DNA of 64,000 nt from Nannocystis bainbridge (GTDB taxonomy: Bacteria > Myxococcota_A > Polyangia > Nannocystales > Nannocystaceae). Shown in pieces: positions 49,774 through 59,663 of this stretch (position 1 is the stretch's first letter; the number at the start of each line of letters is the position of its first letter). The notes under the pieces are model-generated. The model did not search any database. It worked only from the letters and a program-made list of their open reading frames with translations, and was not told where the DNA came from. The position numbers were made by a program, and so were the translations under genes. The stretch spans positions 1,856,001 to 1,920,000 of the forward strand of contig NZ_JAQNDL010000001.1 of NCBI RefSeq assembly GCF_028368995.1. Direction: 5' to 3'.

Positions 49774-50751
49774 TCACGGCTCGAGCCCGCACACGCCCAC
49801 GTCCTCGAACCCCGGCGGGGCCGTCATCGGCGCGTACCACGGGATGCACACCTGGTCGACGCCCGGGCAGAAGTCGGGGTCGTCGAGGACGCAGAACGGC
49901 AGGCAGCAGCCCGCCTCCGTCTGCGAGCACTCGCTGGCCAGCGCCGGATCGGCGCAAAACAGGCCGGGATCGCAGGCGTTGAGGAACTCGCACGGGTCGA
50001 ACGCCTGCCCCTCGGCGCCGCTGGCGTCGAGGACGCACACGAACTCGTCTTCGAGCGGCAAGCACGCGTCGGTGCCCTCGCAGTTCTGCAGGAGCGGATC
50101 GCAGTTGGCGAGGCAGATGTTCAGGATGCCCTCGTTGAGCACCGCGCAGTGGTGCCCCGCGGCGCAGCTCGGCGACTGCGGCGTCCCGCCGCACAGCGCC
50201 ACGCAGGTGCCCTCGCCGGTCACCGGGTCGGCGTCCCAGCAGACCGCGCCGATCTCGCAGTCGTCCTCGCCGCTCGTGGGGCCGCCGACCACGTGACAGC
50301 TGTCGCCGACAGGCTGCGGGTTCGGGTCGAGGTCGACGCAGCGCCACTCGTTCCACGACGGGCCGTCGTTGCCGGCCGGCGTGCACTTCTGCCCCCACGG
50401 GCAGTCCTGATGCCACACGCTGCACTCGTTCCCGCCGCCGGTGGTGCCGGTCGTCTCGCCGGTCGTCTCGCCGCCGCTGTCCGATTCACTCGATCCGCCC
50501 TCGCTCGACCCGCCCTCGCTCGACCCGCCCTCGCTCGACCCCTGGCTGCCGCCCGAGCTCTGCCCCTCGGTGCCGCCGTTGCTCGAGCTCTGCCCCTCGG
50601 TGCCGTCGCCGCCGCCCGTGCTCTGCGGGCCTTCGCTGTCGCCGAACTCGCCGAGCAGGATCTTCGGATCGCAGGCGACCAGCGCCAACCCGCTGAACAG
50701 GAGGCCGGCCGCGCGCGTGATGAAAGGAGATGTGGAATGACGCATGTTCAT
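49774..50751 (-). CDS. Cys-rich lipoprotein with Ser/Gly/Glu linker
   Basis: LALVAC lipobox; EGGSS repeats; CSVWHQDCPWGQKC and CDPLLQNC repeats. Confidence 0.85.
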   Translation of the reverse strand: MNMRHSTSPFITRAAGLLFSGLALVACDPKILLGEFGDSEGPQSTGGGDGTEGQSSSNGGTEGQSSGGSQGSSEGGSSEGGSSEGGSSESDSGGETTGETTGTTGGGNECSVWHQDCPWGQKCTPAGNDGPSWNEWRCVDLDPNPQPVGDSCHVVGGPTSGEDDCEIGAVCWDADPVTGEGTCVALCGGTPQSPSCAAGHHCAVLNEGILNICLANCDPLLQNCEGTDACLPLEDEFVCVLDASGAEGQAFDPCEFLNACDPGLFCADPALASECSQTEAGCCLPFCVLDDPDFCPGVDQVCIPWYAPMTAPPGFEDVGVCGLEP

Positions 50752-50763
50752 GGTCCTCGGATG

Positions 50764-50794
50764 GAGATTGGCCGCCGGCTGCTCTCCGCATTAA
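50764..50794 (-). promoter_or_regulatory. Putative ECF promoter, copy 2
   Basis: TTAATGCG-n7-GCCGGCGG-n2-AA, shared with 52394-52424. Confidence 0.6.
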
Positions 50795-51000
50795 TCATTC
50801 GTCGCCCCGAATGCATCGACGCTCGCGCGCACTCCCACGAGTCGGCGAGCGGCGCGCCCCGCGACAGCGAGCGGCCGTCCCGAAGCGCCGCCCGCCCCGA
50901 CGCGCGCGGCGATCCTCTGCCCTCGTCAGCGTCCCCGCGCCGGCGCCTCGCGCCCACACCCGGATTCCGTCCGCGCCGCCCGACCGTCGCATGCGTCGCC

Positions 51001-51810
51001 TCAGAGGTCCTTCGACCTGTCCTTAGGGGCATGCCCTTCGGGACATGCCGAGGCCACCCGCCCGGCGTACGTCGAGCGCGGGTGGGCGCGCAAGAACGCC
51101 GCCGCCTCCACGGCCCCACGCGCCGCCTCGCCCGCAGCGCACAGCGCCTGCACCCGCAGCGCCTGCCGCTCCTCGAGCATGCAGCAGTCCGCGAACTCCT
51201 CGGCGTGGCGCTCCAGCACCGCCAGCGCCGCGCCCGGCTGCCCGCCGCGCAGGGCCGCTCGGGCCTGCTGCAGCAGCGCCATCTCGGCCAGCATGCGGTC
51301 CCCCTCGGCGACCGCCTCGTCGCCGCCTTCGGCCGCCTCGGCGGCCCCGGTCCCGCTCTCGGCCCTGCTCGCCGCGCGCCCCCTCGCCCCCGCCTGCGCC
51401 CCGCGCCCCTGGCCCGCCGCCCGTTCGCGCGGCGGCGTGACCACCAGCTTTTGCCCTTCGAGCTCGGGCGTGCCCGCCTCGCGCGGCCCGCCCTCGCCGT
51501 CCGCCCGGATCCTCGCGTCCTGCGAATCGGGCCCCGCGGCGTCGTATTCGGCCTGGTGCCGCATGTCCTGAAGGACCTGTCCCGGCACGAACATGCGGGC
51601 CAGGTCGAGCTGCCAGGCCGCCAGCAGCAGCAGCCCGGCCGCCAGCGCCAGCCACGGCGCGCGGCTCGGCCGGTCCTCGCGGCCCCGCGGTCCGTCCCGC
51701 TCGGCCGCCGCGAGCGTCGCCCACAGCTGCGCCTCGGCGGCGGCGGACGGGCGCGCACAGGCCCGGTAAGCGGCGATCAGCGCGCGAGCGGACGGCGATT
51801 CATCGGTCAT
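51001..51810 (-). CDS. Putative anti-sigma membrane protein with C-terminal TPR-like helices
   Basis: Overlaps the ECF stop; one TM; LLQQARAALR...ERQALRVQALC. The 3' end runs into a 14-bp array (51016, 51030, 51044). Confidence 0.75.
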   Translation of the reverse strand: MTDESPSARALIAAYRACARPSAAAEAQLWATLAAAERDGPRGREDRPSRAPWLALAAGLLLLAAWQLDLARMFVPGQVLQDMRHQAEYDAAGPDSQDARIRADGEGGPREAGTPELEGQKLVVTPPRERAAGQGRGAQAGARGRAASRAESGTGAAEAAEGGDEAVAEGDRMLAEMALLQQARAALRGGQPGAALAVLERHAEEFADCCMLEERQALRVQALCAAGEAARGAVEAAAFLRAHPRSTYAGRVASACPEGHAPKDRSKDL

Positions 51811-52387
51811 GCGGCCTCCGGACGGAGCGAGCGCGCAGGCGCTGGCTGAATTGCTCGAGCTTGATCCGCGCGGCCCGCAGCCGCGAGAACACCGTGCCCA
51901 GCGGGATCTCGAGCGCCTCGGCGATCTCCGACGCGGTCAGCCCCTCGACGTCGGCCAGCAGGAACACCACGCGCTTGTCCTCGTCGAGCCCGTCGAGGAA
52001 CTCCTGCATGAACGCGGCCGCCTGCTGCAGCTCCAGCGACGCCTCCGGCTCGCGCGGCGGCGCCGGCGGCTCGACCGCGGACAGCCGCCGCTCGCGGCGC
52101 GTGTGGGCCCGCTGGCGCATCAGCACCACGTTGCGGGTGATCCCGAACAGCCACGCCGGCAGCGAGCGCGACGGCTCGAACGTGTGCAGCCGGCGGTGCA
52201 CCACCAGGAACACCTCCTGGGCGACATCGTCAGCCTCATCGGCCGCGACCCCGAGCGCGCGGGCGATCCGCCACACCGTGCCGAGGTGGCGGGTGAACAC
52301 CTCGCGCACGCTCGGCGCGCCGCACTCGATCGCCGGCCCGGCCGCGAAGCCGGCCGACGTCAGCGGCGTGTCGAGCGTCTTGCTCAC
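51800..52387 (-). CDS. ECF sigma-70 factor
   Basis: ADDVAQEVFL, WLFGI and EIAEALEIPLGTVFSRLR. Confidence 0.92.
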   Translation of the reverse strand: MSKTLDTPLTSAGFAAGPAIECGAPSVREVFTRHLGTVWRIARALGVAADEADDVAQEVFLVVHRRLHTFEPSRSLPAWLFGITRNVVLMRQRAHTRRERRLSAVEPPAPPREPEASLELQQAAAFMQEFLDGLDEDKRVVFLLADVEGLTASEIAEALEIPLGTVFSRLRAARIKLEQFSQRLRARSVRRPHDR

Positions 52388-52393
52388 CGGACC

Positions 52394-52424
52394 AGTCTTT
52401 TCCGCCGGCGCCCGATCGCATTAA
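52394..52424 (-). promoter_or_regulatory. Putative ECF autoregulatory promoter, copy 1
   Basis: TTAATGCG-n7-GCCGGCGG-n2-AA. Confidence 0.6.
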
Positions 52425-52461
52425 CCCCGACGCACGATTTTTTGGCCCGGCGCACGATCGC

Positions 52462-53589
52462 TCACGGGAACCGCGCCTCGACCAGCAAGAACCCGCGGAA
52501 CGCCGCCGGACCGACCTGGTGGAGCTCGCGGCCGCCGGCGAACTCGAACCGCGGCCGCCGCAGCGAGATCGCAGCCTCTGCCAGCACCACCAGCGCCGCG
52601 AACCCTCGCAGCGCCCGCGGCGCCCACGCCAGCCCGGCCCCCGCCGTCACCGCGCCCCACAGCGTCGTGGCCTCGTAGTTGGTGTCGCCGCCCACGCCCC
52701 GGGCCTGCAGCGCCCCCAGCTCGAGGCCGACCTGCAGCGGCAGCTCGAGCGGCCCCGCGCGCAGCACCGGCCCGCCGCGCAGCTGCCCCGCGTGCACCGC
52801 GAACTGGGCCCCGAACGCCGGCTCGCCCCCGCGCCGCACCTCGGCCTCGAACCACCGCGTGTAGCCGGCCGTCAGCCGCGCCCGCCGCCACATCAGCCCG
52901 ACCGCCGCGGCCAGGCCGGCGCTCACCGGCAGCATGCCCGCCTGCACGCCGGGCCCGAACTGGACCAGGCCGCGGACCGCTCGCCTCTTCGGTTTCCGCG
53001 GCGCCCCGGCGGCGGGGATCGCCGGGTCCTCCGCGATCGGCTCCGGACCGGCCTCCTCGGGCGTCGGCGGCCCCACGGGCGCGACCGCGGGCCTCGGCGC
53101 CGCGGGCCCGGCCTCGTCGGGCCCGGGCGCGCTGGCGGCCGGGGCCGGCGGCGCGGGCACGACGTCCTGCGGCTCGCGCTGCGCCGGATCGACGGCGATG
53201 GCGATCACGAACGCCGCTGCACGGACCGCCGCGTCGCAGCTGGCGACCGCCAGCGTGCGCTCCTGCGTGCGCCCCTCCGCCTCGATGGCCACCACCACGT
53301 GCCAGCGCTCGCCGCTCGGGCGCGCCTGCACGCGGATGCTGCCCGTCGGCGCCGGCGCGCTCGTGGGGTCGAGGTGACGGGAGATCTCGGCCGTGAGCGC
53401 CGCCCCGTCCGGGCAACCCGGGGGCGCGTCCCACACGATCGCCGGCAGCGACGCGGCCCCCGAGCCAGCCGCCGCGGGCACCTCCCCCGCGCCCGGCGGC
53501 GACGCGGCCCCCGAGCCCCCCGCCGCGCCCATGCCCACGCACAGGGCGAGCAGCCCCGGCGCGCGGCGTGAGAGCGATGCCCGACCCAT
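52462..53589 (-). CDS. ECF-associated exported protein with C-terminal beta-barrel-like region
   Basis: Signal peptide, WDAPPGCP, Pro linker, amphipathic strands ending EARFP. Confidence 0.75.
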   Translation of the reverse strand: MGRASLSRRAPGLLALCVGMGAAGGSGAASPPGAGEVPAAAGSGAASLPAIVWDAPPGCPDGAALTAEISRHLDPTSAPAPTGSIRVQARPSGERWHVVVAIEAEGRTQERTLAVASCDAAVRAAAFVIAIAVDPAQREPQDVVPAPPAPAASAPGPDEAGPAAPRPAVAPVGPPTPEEAGPEPIAEDPAIPAAGAPRKPKRRAVRGLVQFGPGVQAGMLPVSAGLAAAVGLMWRRARLTAGYTRWFEAEVRRGGEPAFGAQFAVHAGQLRGGPVLRAGPLELPLQVGLELGALQARGVGGDTNYEATTLWGAVTAGAGLAWAPRALRGFAALVVLAEAAISLRRPRFEFAGGRELHQVGPAAFRGFLLVEARFP

Positions 53590-53718
53590 GCGGTCGCCGC
53601 AGGATACGTGAGCCGCCGGGTGATGCAAACGCAGACGCGACCGATCGCCAGCGCGCGCACCACGAAACCCGCCGCACCCCGGGCGACGGCTCGCTCCCGA
53701 CCCCGTCCCTGCCCCTTT

Positions 53719-53753
53719 CGACATGCCCCATCCGACATGTCCGAAAGACCACG
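53719..53753. repeat. 14-bp-phased CATG array
   Basis: CATG at 53722 and 53736; CACG at 53750. Confidence 0.7.
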
Positions 53754-53794
53754 TGCTCTGGCGGTCGCCGGCCCGGTCTCTTACCCTCGGAGCC

Positions 53795-54352
53795 ATGCTC
53801 CGCGCCGCCTCGCTCCGGCCCGCGCTGACCGTCGCGCTGGTCGCCGCCTGCACCCATGCCCGCCCTGGCCCGCTCCAGCAGGGCCCCGCGGACACCGACG
53901 CGGCCGCCGTGACCGACGAAGCGCCGCTCTCCGCTCCAACCGTGGACCCGCCGGCGATCGTCGACCACGAGCAGCCGCAGCCCGGTCCGCCGCGCTGGCG
54001 CCCCCTCGAGACCGATCCGCGCCTGGTCCTCCGCGACGGCAGCGACGAGCTCGGCTTCCTCGAGCAGCCGTGCGCCGTCGACGAGCCGTGCGGCTGCCTC
54101 GTCGCGGCCGAGCACCGCTACCATCGCCGCGGCGACGGCTGGACGATCGTGGTCGTGCTGCCGGAGGTCGAGATCCGCCGCGTGGTCAAGCGCGGCACCT
54201 GCCTCGAGGGCTGCGGCCAGCCGCACCCCCCCGAGCCGACGCCCATCCGCTCGCTCGGCGCCGTCGACCCCGCGAAGGTCGAGATCGTCGTGAAGCGCCC
54301 GCGCAAGGTCATCACGAAGACGACCTGCACCGATCCGCACCTCGCCCCGTGA
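53795..54352 (+). CDS. Lipoprotein
   Basis: LVAAC lipobox; GGAG RBS. Confidence 0.75.
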   Translation: MLRAASLRPALTVALVAACTHARPGPLQQGPADTDAAAVTDEAPLSAPTVDPPAIVDHEQPQPGPPRWRPLETDPRLVLRDGSDELGFLEQPCAVDEPCGCLVAAEHRYHRRGDGWTIVVVLPEVEIRRVVKRGTCLEGCGQPHPPEPTPIRSLGAVDPAKVEIVVKRPRKVITKTTCTDPHLAP

Positions 54353-54497
54353 ACCCCCGGGCAGAGCCCCCGCGGCCTGCGGATGGAGCTGTGGCGCGCA
54401 ACCTCGCCGCGCGCTGGATCTCCGATCTTCGCGGTCCGCCGCCCCGCGAGCGCGCGACCCTCCGCGATCACGCTAGACTGCGGCCCGGAGGTGCGCG

Positions 54498-55199
54498 ATG
54501 GACACGCGAGTCGACGAGGTGGCCGAGGGGATCTTCCGCCTGAACACCGAGGTCCCGGGCTTCAACTTCAATCAATACCTGGTCGTCGACGACGAGCCGC
54601 TGCTGTTCCACACCGGGCCGCGCGGGCTGTTCGACAGCGTGCGGGCCGCGATCGCCCGCGTCGTCGCGCTCGATCGACTGCGCTGGATCGGCTTCTCGCA
54701 CGTCGAGGCCGACGAGTGCGGCGCGCTCAACCAACTCCTGGCCGTCGCCCCGCACGCGGCGCCGGTGTGCAGCCAGGTCGCGGCCCTGGTCTCGATGACC
54801 GACCTCGCCGATCGTCCGCCGCGCGCCCTCGCCGACGGTGAATCGCTGACGCTCGGCCGCCACAGCGTCACCTGGCTCGACGCCCCGCACGTGCCGCACG
54901 GCTGGGAGTGCGGCTACCTGTTCGAGCGCGAGACCCGGACCCTGCTGTGCGGCGACCTCTTCACCCAGAGCGGCGGCTGCGACGTCCCGCTCACCGAGGG
55001 CGACATCCTCGGGCCCAGCGAGGCCTTCCGCGCCCAGATGGACTATTTCGCCCACGGCCGCCGCCAGAGCGCGATCCTCGAGCGCCTCGCCAGCACCGGG
55101 CCGACCACCCTCGCCTGCATGCACGGCAGCGCGTGGCAGGGCGACGGCGGCGCGCTGCTCCGCACCCTCGCCACCACGCTCGCCGGCGCCGCGCCTTGA
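54498..55199 (+). CDS. MBL-fold protein (flavodiiron N-terminal/ODP-like)
   Basis: NQYLV, SHVEADECG, PHVPHGWE, CGDLFT and ACMHG. Confidence 0.88.
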   Translation: MDTRVDEVAEGIFRLNTEVPGFNFNQYLVVDDEPLLFHTGPRGLFDSVRAAIARVVALDRLRWIGFSHVEADECGALNQLLAVAPHAAPVCSQVAALVSMTDLADRPPRALADGESLTLGRHSVTWLDAPHVPHGWECGYLFERETRTLLCGDLFTQSGGCDVPLTEGDILGPSEAFRAQMDYFAHGRRQSAILERLASTGPTTLACMHGSAWQGDGGALLRTLATTLAGAAP

Positions 55200-55209
55200 A
55201 GATCACAGG

Positions 55210-55237
55210 CCCCGCATGGCGAGCGCGCCATGCGGGG
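55210..55237. terminator. Hairpin between convergent genes
   Basis: CCCCGCATGGCG-agcg-CGCCATGCGGGG. Confidence 0.65.
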
Positions 55238-55252
55238 ATCCTGCCTCTCGTA

Positions 55253-56467
55253 TCAATCGTCGATCGCCTGATACGCCAGCGCCAGGAAATCACGGCACAC
55301 CGGCGGCGGCTGCGGCGACGACCACATGCATTGCGTCAGCAGCAGCGTGATCACGCCTTCCTGCGGATCGCTGCGCCACTGCGAGCCGAGCCCGCCGTCC
55401 CAGCCGTACTGCCCGATCGGCGCGTGGGCCTCGTCGCGGCGCGTCACCACCGACACCCCGAAGCCGTAGCCGCTCGCGGCGAAGTCCTCCGGCGAGAAGC
55501 CCGACTTGGCCTTTTGCGCCGGCGTCAGGTGATCGGTCGTCATCAGCTCGACCGACGGCCGCGACAGGATCCGCTGCCCTGCGAGCGTCCCGCCGGCCAA
55601 TAGCATGCGCGCGAACGCCAGATAATCGTCGACCGTCGACACCAGCCCGCTCGCCCCCGACGCGAACGCCGGCGCCCGGCTCCACTGCCCGCCGCGGCCC
55701 TCGTCGTACACCCCCAGCGTCCCGTCCGGCCCCGGCCAGTAGCTCGTCGCCAGGCGATCGATCTGCGCCTCCGGCACAAAGAACCCCGTGTCCTTCATCC
55801 CCAGCGGCGCGAAGATCCGCGCCTGCAGGAACTCGGCGAACGGCTGCCCCGACGCGCGCGCGATCAGGATCGACAGCAGCTCCGAGCCCATGTTGTAGAG
55901 CCACCGATCGCCCGGCTGGTACATCAGCGGCAGCCGCGAGAACTTCGCCAGCCACTCGTCCCCGGGCGGCACCTCCGCCGGCGCCGGCGGGCCCGCTCCG
56001 AGCCCCAGCGCCGCGGCTGCGCGCAGGATCGGGTACGCGTCCGGGCGCGCCATCAGCATCCCGAAGCCGAGCCTGAACGTCAGCAGGTCGCGGACCGTGA
56101 TCGGCCGCGCCGCGGCGACCGTGTCCTCGATCGGCCCGTCGATCGCCCGCAGCACCTGGCGCTCGGCCAGCTCGGGCATCCACGCGTCGACGGCGTCGTC
56201 GAGCCGCAGCTTGCACTCCTCCACCAGGATCATCGTCGCCACCGCGGTGATCGGCTTGGTCATCGAGCTGATGCGGAAGATGCTGTCGCGCCGGACCGGC
56301 GGCCCGCCCAGCGCCAGGGCCCCGAGCGCCAGGGTGTGCACCTCGTCGCCGTGGCTCACCACCGCCACCAGCCCCGGCACCTCGCCGCGCTCGACGTAGC
56401 CGGCCATCCCCTCGCGCACACGCTCGAGCCTGGTCTCCGAGAATTTTCTTCGGGTGTCTCGCTCCAT
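55253..56467 (-). CDS. Serine hydrolase, beta-lactamase class C-like
   Basis: FRISSMTK, PGDRWLY, PLGMKDT and YGWDG. Confidence 0.92.
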   Translation of the reverse strand: MERDTRRKFSETRLERVREGMAGYVERGEVPGLVAVVSHGDEVHTLALGALALGGPPVRRDSIFRISSMTKPITAVATMILVEECKLRLDDAVDAWMPELAERQVLRAIDGPIEDTVAAARPITVRDLLTFRLGFGMLMARPDAYPILRAAAALGLGAGPPAPAEVPPGDEWLAKFSRLPLMYQPGDRWLYNMGSELLSILIARASGQPFAEFLQARIFAPLGMKDTGFFVPEAQIDRLATSYWPGPDGTLGVYDEGRGGQWSRAPAFASGASGLVSTVDDYLAFARMLLAGGTLAGQRILSRPSVELMTTDHLTPAQKAKSGFSPEDFAASGYGFGVSVVTRRDEAHAPIGQYGWDGGLGSQWRSDPQEGVITLLLTQCMWSSPQPPPVCRDFLALAYQAIDD

Positions 56468-56732
56468 TCGTCTCCTCGCCTTTCTTTGGCCTTGCAGGGG
56501 GTAGACCGCCGCCCGCCCCGAGACTCATCGGTGCGGCTCGCTCGCCAGGCATGACCTATCACACACACCTGCGACCCCGGCGGCGCTCCTGGACGCGACT
56601 GGCAACACGTTTCACGTGACTCGATGCGATTGGGCGACCGCCTCATCGGCGAGACACGGCGAGGAAGACGTCGAGCTTGCGCGCGGCGGATCCAACCGTC
56701 GCGCACTCGCTATGAGTCCACCGACCCTGAAA

Positions 56733-56781
56733 CGTCATGACTTTCAGGACATGCTTTTTAAGACATGTCCTTTTCATCATC
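56733..56781. repeat. 14-bp-phased CATG array
   Basis: CATG at 56736, 56750, 56764; CATC at 56778. Confidence 0.85.
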
Positions 56782-56873
56782 CCGGCCCCTCGCACGATCG
56801 CCGCTGCACCTTGCTCGCGCCTTCGCACGAGGAGCGTGGAGATCCGTGCGATCTCCCCGACACGCTTGCGAAT

Positions 56874-57125
56874 GGTGAGACGCGCTGCGCTGCCGGGCAG
56901 CCTCGCCAATCGCCGGGCTCCGCTCGATCCATCCCAGACATCCGAGAACACGACCCCCTGACGACCGATCCGGGAAAACGCCTGCAATCCCTCGATTACG
57001 GTGAGACGCGCTGCGTCGCTGGGCAGCCTCGCCAATCGCCGGACTCCGCTCGCTCGATCCACGCAGTGCTCGTGACACGCTACCCTGACGATCGAGGCGG
57101 TAACGCCTGCAAACCCCTCGACCAC
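56874..57125 (+). repeat. Two ~126-bp tandem direct repeats
   Basis: GGTGAGACGCGCTGCG...GGGCAGCCTCGCCAATCGCCGG at 56874 and 57000. Confidence 0.85.
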
Positions 57126-57455
57126 AAAACCCTCCGCGAACCGGATCCACATCGGCTCTCCCGGCAGCCGCGATCGCGGGCACCCGCCTCCCCGCGAATC
57201 AACGCTCCTCCGTACGGCTCGGACCCGCATCGCATCACCCACAGCCATGACTGCATGCATCGACCTTTGTCGGTCCGCGAATCACCCTCGACGGTCCGGC
57301 TCGCTCGGGAACGCGACGGCTCACCCCAATACGCCGTCCGCATGCGTGGATCGCCCGGCACCTGTCGGACCCGACATCGACGCACGCTCTCGCGCGCCGA
57401 TATTCAGCCTGGCTTGATCCGCGCCAGACCATGGTCGCGCGCTACAAACCTGGGC

Positions 57456-57674
57456 ATGCCTCAGTTCATCCTTGAAGATTTCAACCTGGAAAACGCCGAG
57501 CGGCGCCTCTGCCTCGAGGCGCTGGAGCGGGCCGGCAACATCGTCGGCGCCGCCAAACTCCTCGGTATCACCCGTCACGCCATGAAGCGGCGCATCATCA
57601 AGCTGCGCCTCGACTGGACCCGCGGCGCCGTCCCGCCGCGCGGCAGCGCCTCGGGCCCGACCGGAGTTTCGTGA
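57456..57674 (+). CDS. Stand-alone Fis-family HTH protein
   Basis: LENAERRLCLEALERAGNIVGAAKLLGITRHAMKRRI. Confidence 0.85.
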   Translation: MPQFILEDFNLENAERRLCLEALERAGNIVGAAKLLGITRHAMKRRIIKLRLDWTRGAVPPRGSASGPTGVS

Positions 57675-58040
57675 GCCGTGGCGCGGTCGAATGCGCGCAC
57701 ACCGGCCGGTGCGCGCGATTCGTCCGCGTCGGGTTCTCGAGCCGTCGGAGCGCGAGGTCGCGCGCTTTTTATCCGCAATGCACGCGCCCCTCGACCTCCT
57801 CACTCGAGCGGCGCTGCCTTGCGAACGAAGCGCGAAGCCGAACCTTCCATACGCTCTCATTCACCGCGACCCCGTTCGCCGGGGACCGAACCACTTCAAT
57901 AGCAAAACTGCCGGCCACATCTCCGTGCCCAGCCGATTGCGACGACCGTGACGATCAGCGTACCCGATCGTCGCCGAAGTCCGAGTCCCCCAATGTCTAC
58001 CGGTCACCTCCATGCCTCGTATCCGGCCAATCCACAGCCT

Positions 58041-58559
58041 CGACTCCGGGCCTGGCTGCAGTTCGCCGAGTGTCGCGCGTACTTGAGAGCATCGTTCAAA
58101 ACATGCTCTTCAGGACATGTCCCGGCGCAGCGGCATCTTTCTCCGATCCCCGCCCTGTCTCGCCGCTCCCGGCGCCCGCGAGCCCCCGCCAAACCCCGCA
58201 CCGCCTGCGGCAGATACCATCGACTCCGGGCCTGACAGCAGCTCGCCGAGTGTCGCGCGTACTTGAGAGCATCGTTCAAAACATGCTCTTCAGGACATGT
58301 CCCGGCGCAGCCGCATCTTTCTCCGATCTCCGCCCTCACCGCTCCTGGCGCCCGCGAGCCCCCGCCAAGCCCCGCACCGCCTGCGGCGGAAATCACCGAC
58401 GCCGGGCCTGACAGCAGCTCGCCGAGTGTCGCGCGTACTTCAAGAGCATCGTTCAAAACATGCTCCTCAGGACATGTCCCGGCGCAGCCGCATCTTTCTC
58501 CGATCTCACCGCTCCCGGCGCCCGCGAGCCCCCGCCAAACCCCGCACCGCCTGCGGCAG
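58041..58559 (+). repeat. Three ~180-bp tandem repeats, each carrying a 14-bp-phased CATG pair
   Basis: Units start at 58041, 58221 and about 58397; CATG pairs at 58102/58116, 58282/58296 and 58459/58473. Confidence 0.92.
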
Positions 58560-58596
58560 GGTTGACAGACCGGGCGTTCCCCGGCAAAGCACGGGC

Positions 58597-59067
58597 ATGT
58601 CCGACGTTCGCCCGCCGCTGCCCCCGTTCACCGAAGAGACGGCCCGCCAGAAGGTCCGCGCCGCCGAGGACGCCTGGAACACCCGCGACCCCGAGCGCGT
58701 CGCCCGGGCCTACTCTGAAGACACCCGCTGGCGCAACCGCGCCGAGTTCCCGGTCGGCCGCGAGGAAGTGCGCCGGTTCCTCGAGCGCAAGTGGGCGCGC
58801 GAGCTCGACTACCGCCTGATCAAGGAGCTGTGGGCCTTCGCCGGCGACCGGATCGCCGTGCGCTTCGCCTATGAATGGCACGACGACTCCGGCCAGTGGT
58901 TCCGCAGCTACGGCAACGAGAACTGGCAGTTCGACGCCAGCGGCCTGATGACGCGGCGCCACGCCAGCATCAACGACCTGCCGATCGCCGCCGCCGATCG
59001 CAAATACCACTGGCCGCTCGGTCGCCGCCCCGACGACCACCCGGGCCTGTCCGACCTCGGCCTCTGA
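58597..59067 (+). CDS. DUF1348 (SnoaL/NTF2-like) protein
   Basis: [28 protein letters not shown] and RSYGNENW. Confidence 0.9.
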   Translation: MSDVRPPLPPFTEETARQKVRAAEDAWNTRDPERVARAYSEDTRWRNRAEFPVGREEVRRFLERKWARELDYRLIKELWAFAGDRIAVRFAYEWHDDSGQWFRSYGNENWQFDASGLMTRRHASINDLPIAAADRKYHWPLGRRPDDHPGLSDLGL

Positions 59068-59663
59068 CCCGGGGCATCGGTCGCGCGGCGGGCCACCTCA
59101 CCGCGCGACGATGCGAGCGGGGGTTCGGGGCGCCGCAGCGTCCGCGTGCCTCCGTCGGACTGCGACCGTCGAGGAGTCGCCTCGCTGCCCATCGACGGGC
59201 CGGACGGATCACCGGCCTGACGCGGCGCCTCGACCAGCGGCCGCCCACCTCGCCGCGGCCGCTCGCGTCCGGAGGCCTGGCCACGTGCTCCCGGAGGTCG
59301 AGCCGGCGCCCGCGCGACATCATCGTGGTGCACGCCGCGCAGAGCGGCCCGACCGCGAGGCTGTCGCCGACGCGTCGCCGCAGCGGCAGAGCGAGCTCCG
59401 CCTGCGCCATCGTCTGTCTCTTCGGTCATCTCATGACAACGCCGGCCCGGCGGGCGCGGCCATCGCACGCGCGCGGAGGCGGCCCCGCTTGAGCCGGTCT
59501 TGATCCGGCGCGCGCGACGGAGCGCCGCGAGCGGACCTGGCGCGGACCGGACCGCGCCGCGGTCCGGGCGGCGGAGTCGGGCGACGAACGGTTGCGGCGC
59601 GCGCTTTACCCTTATTTTAGGGTGCGGGCCCGGTCGGGCGCTCGTTATTGTTGGAGTGGTCTC

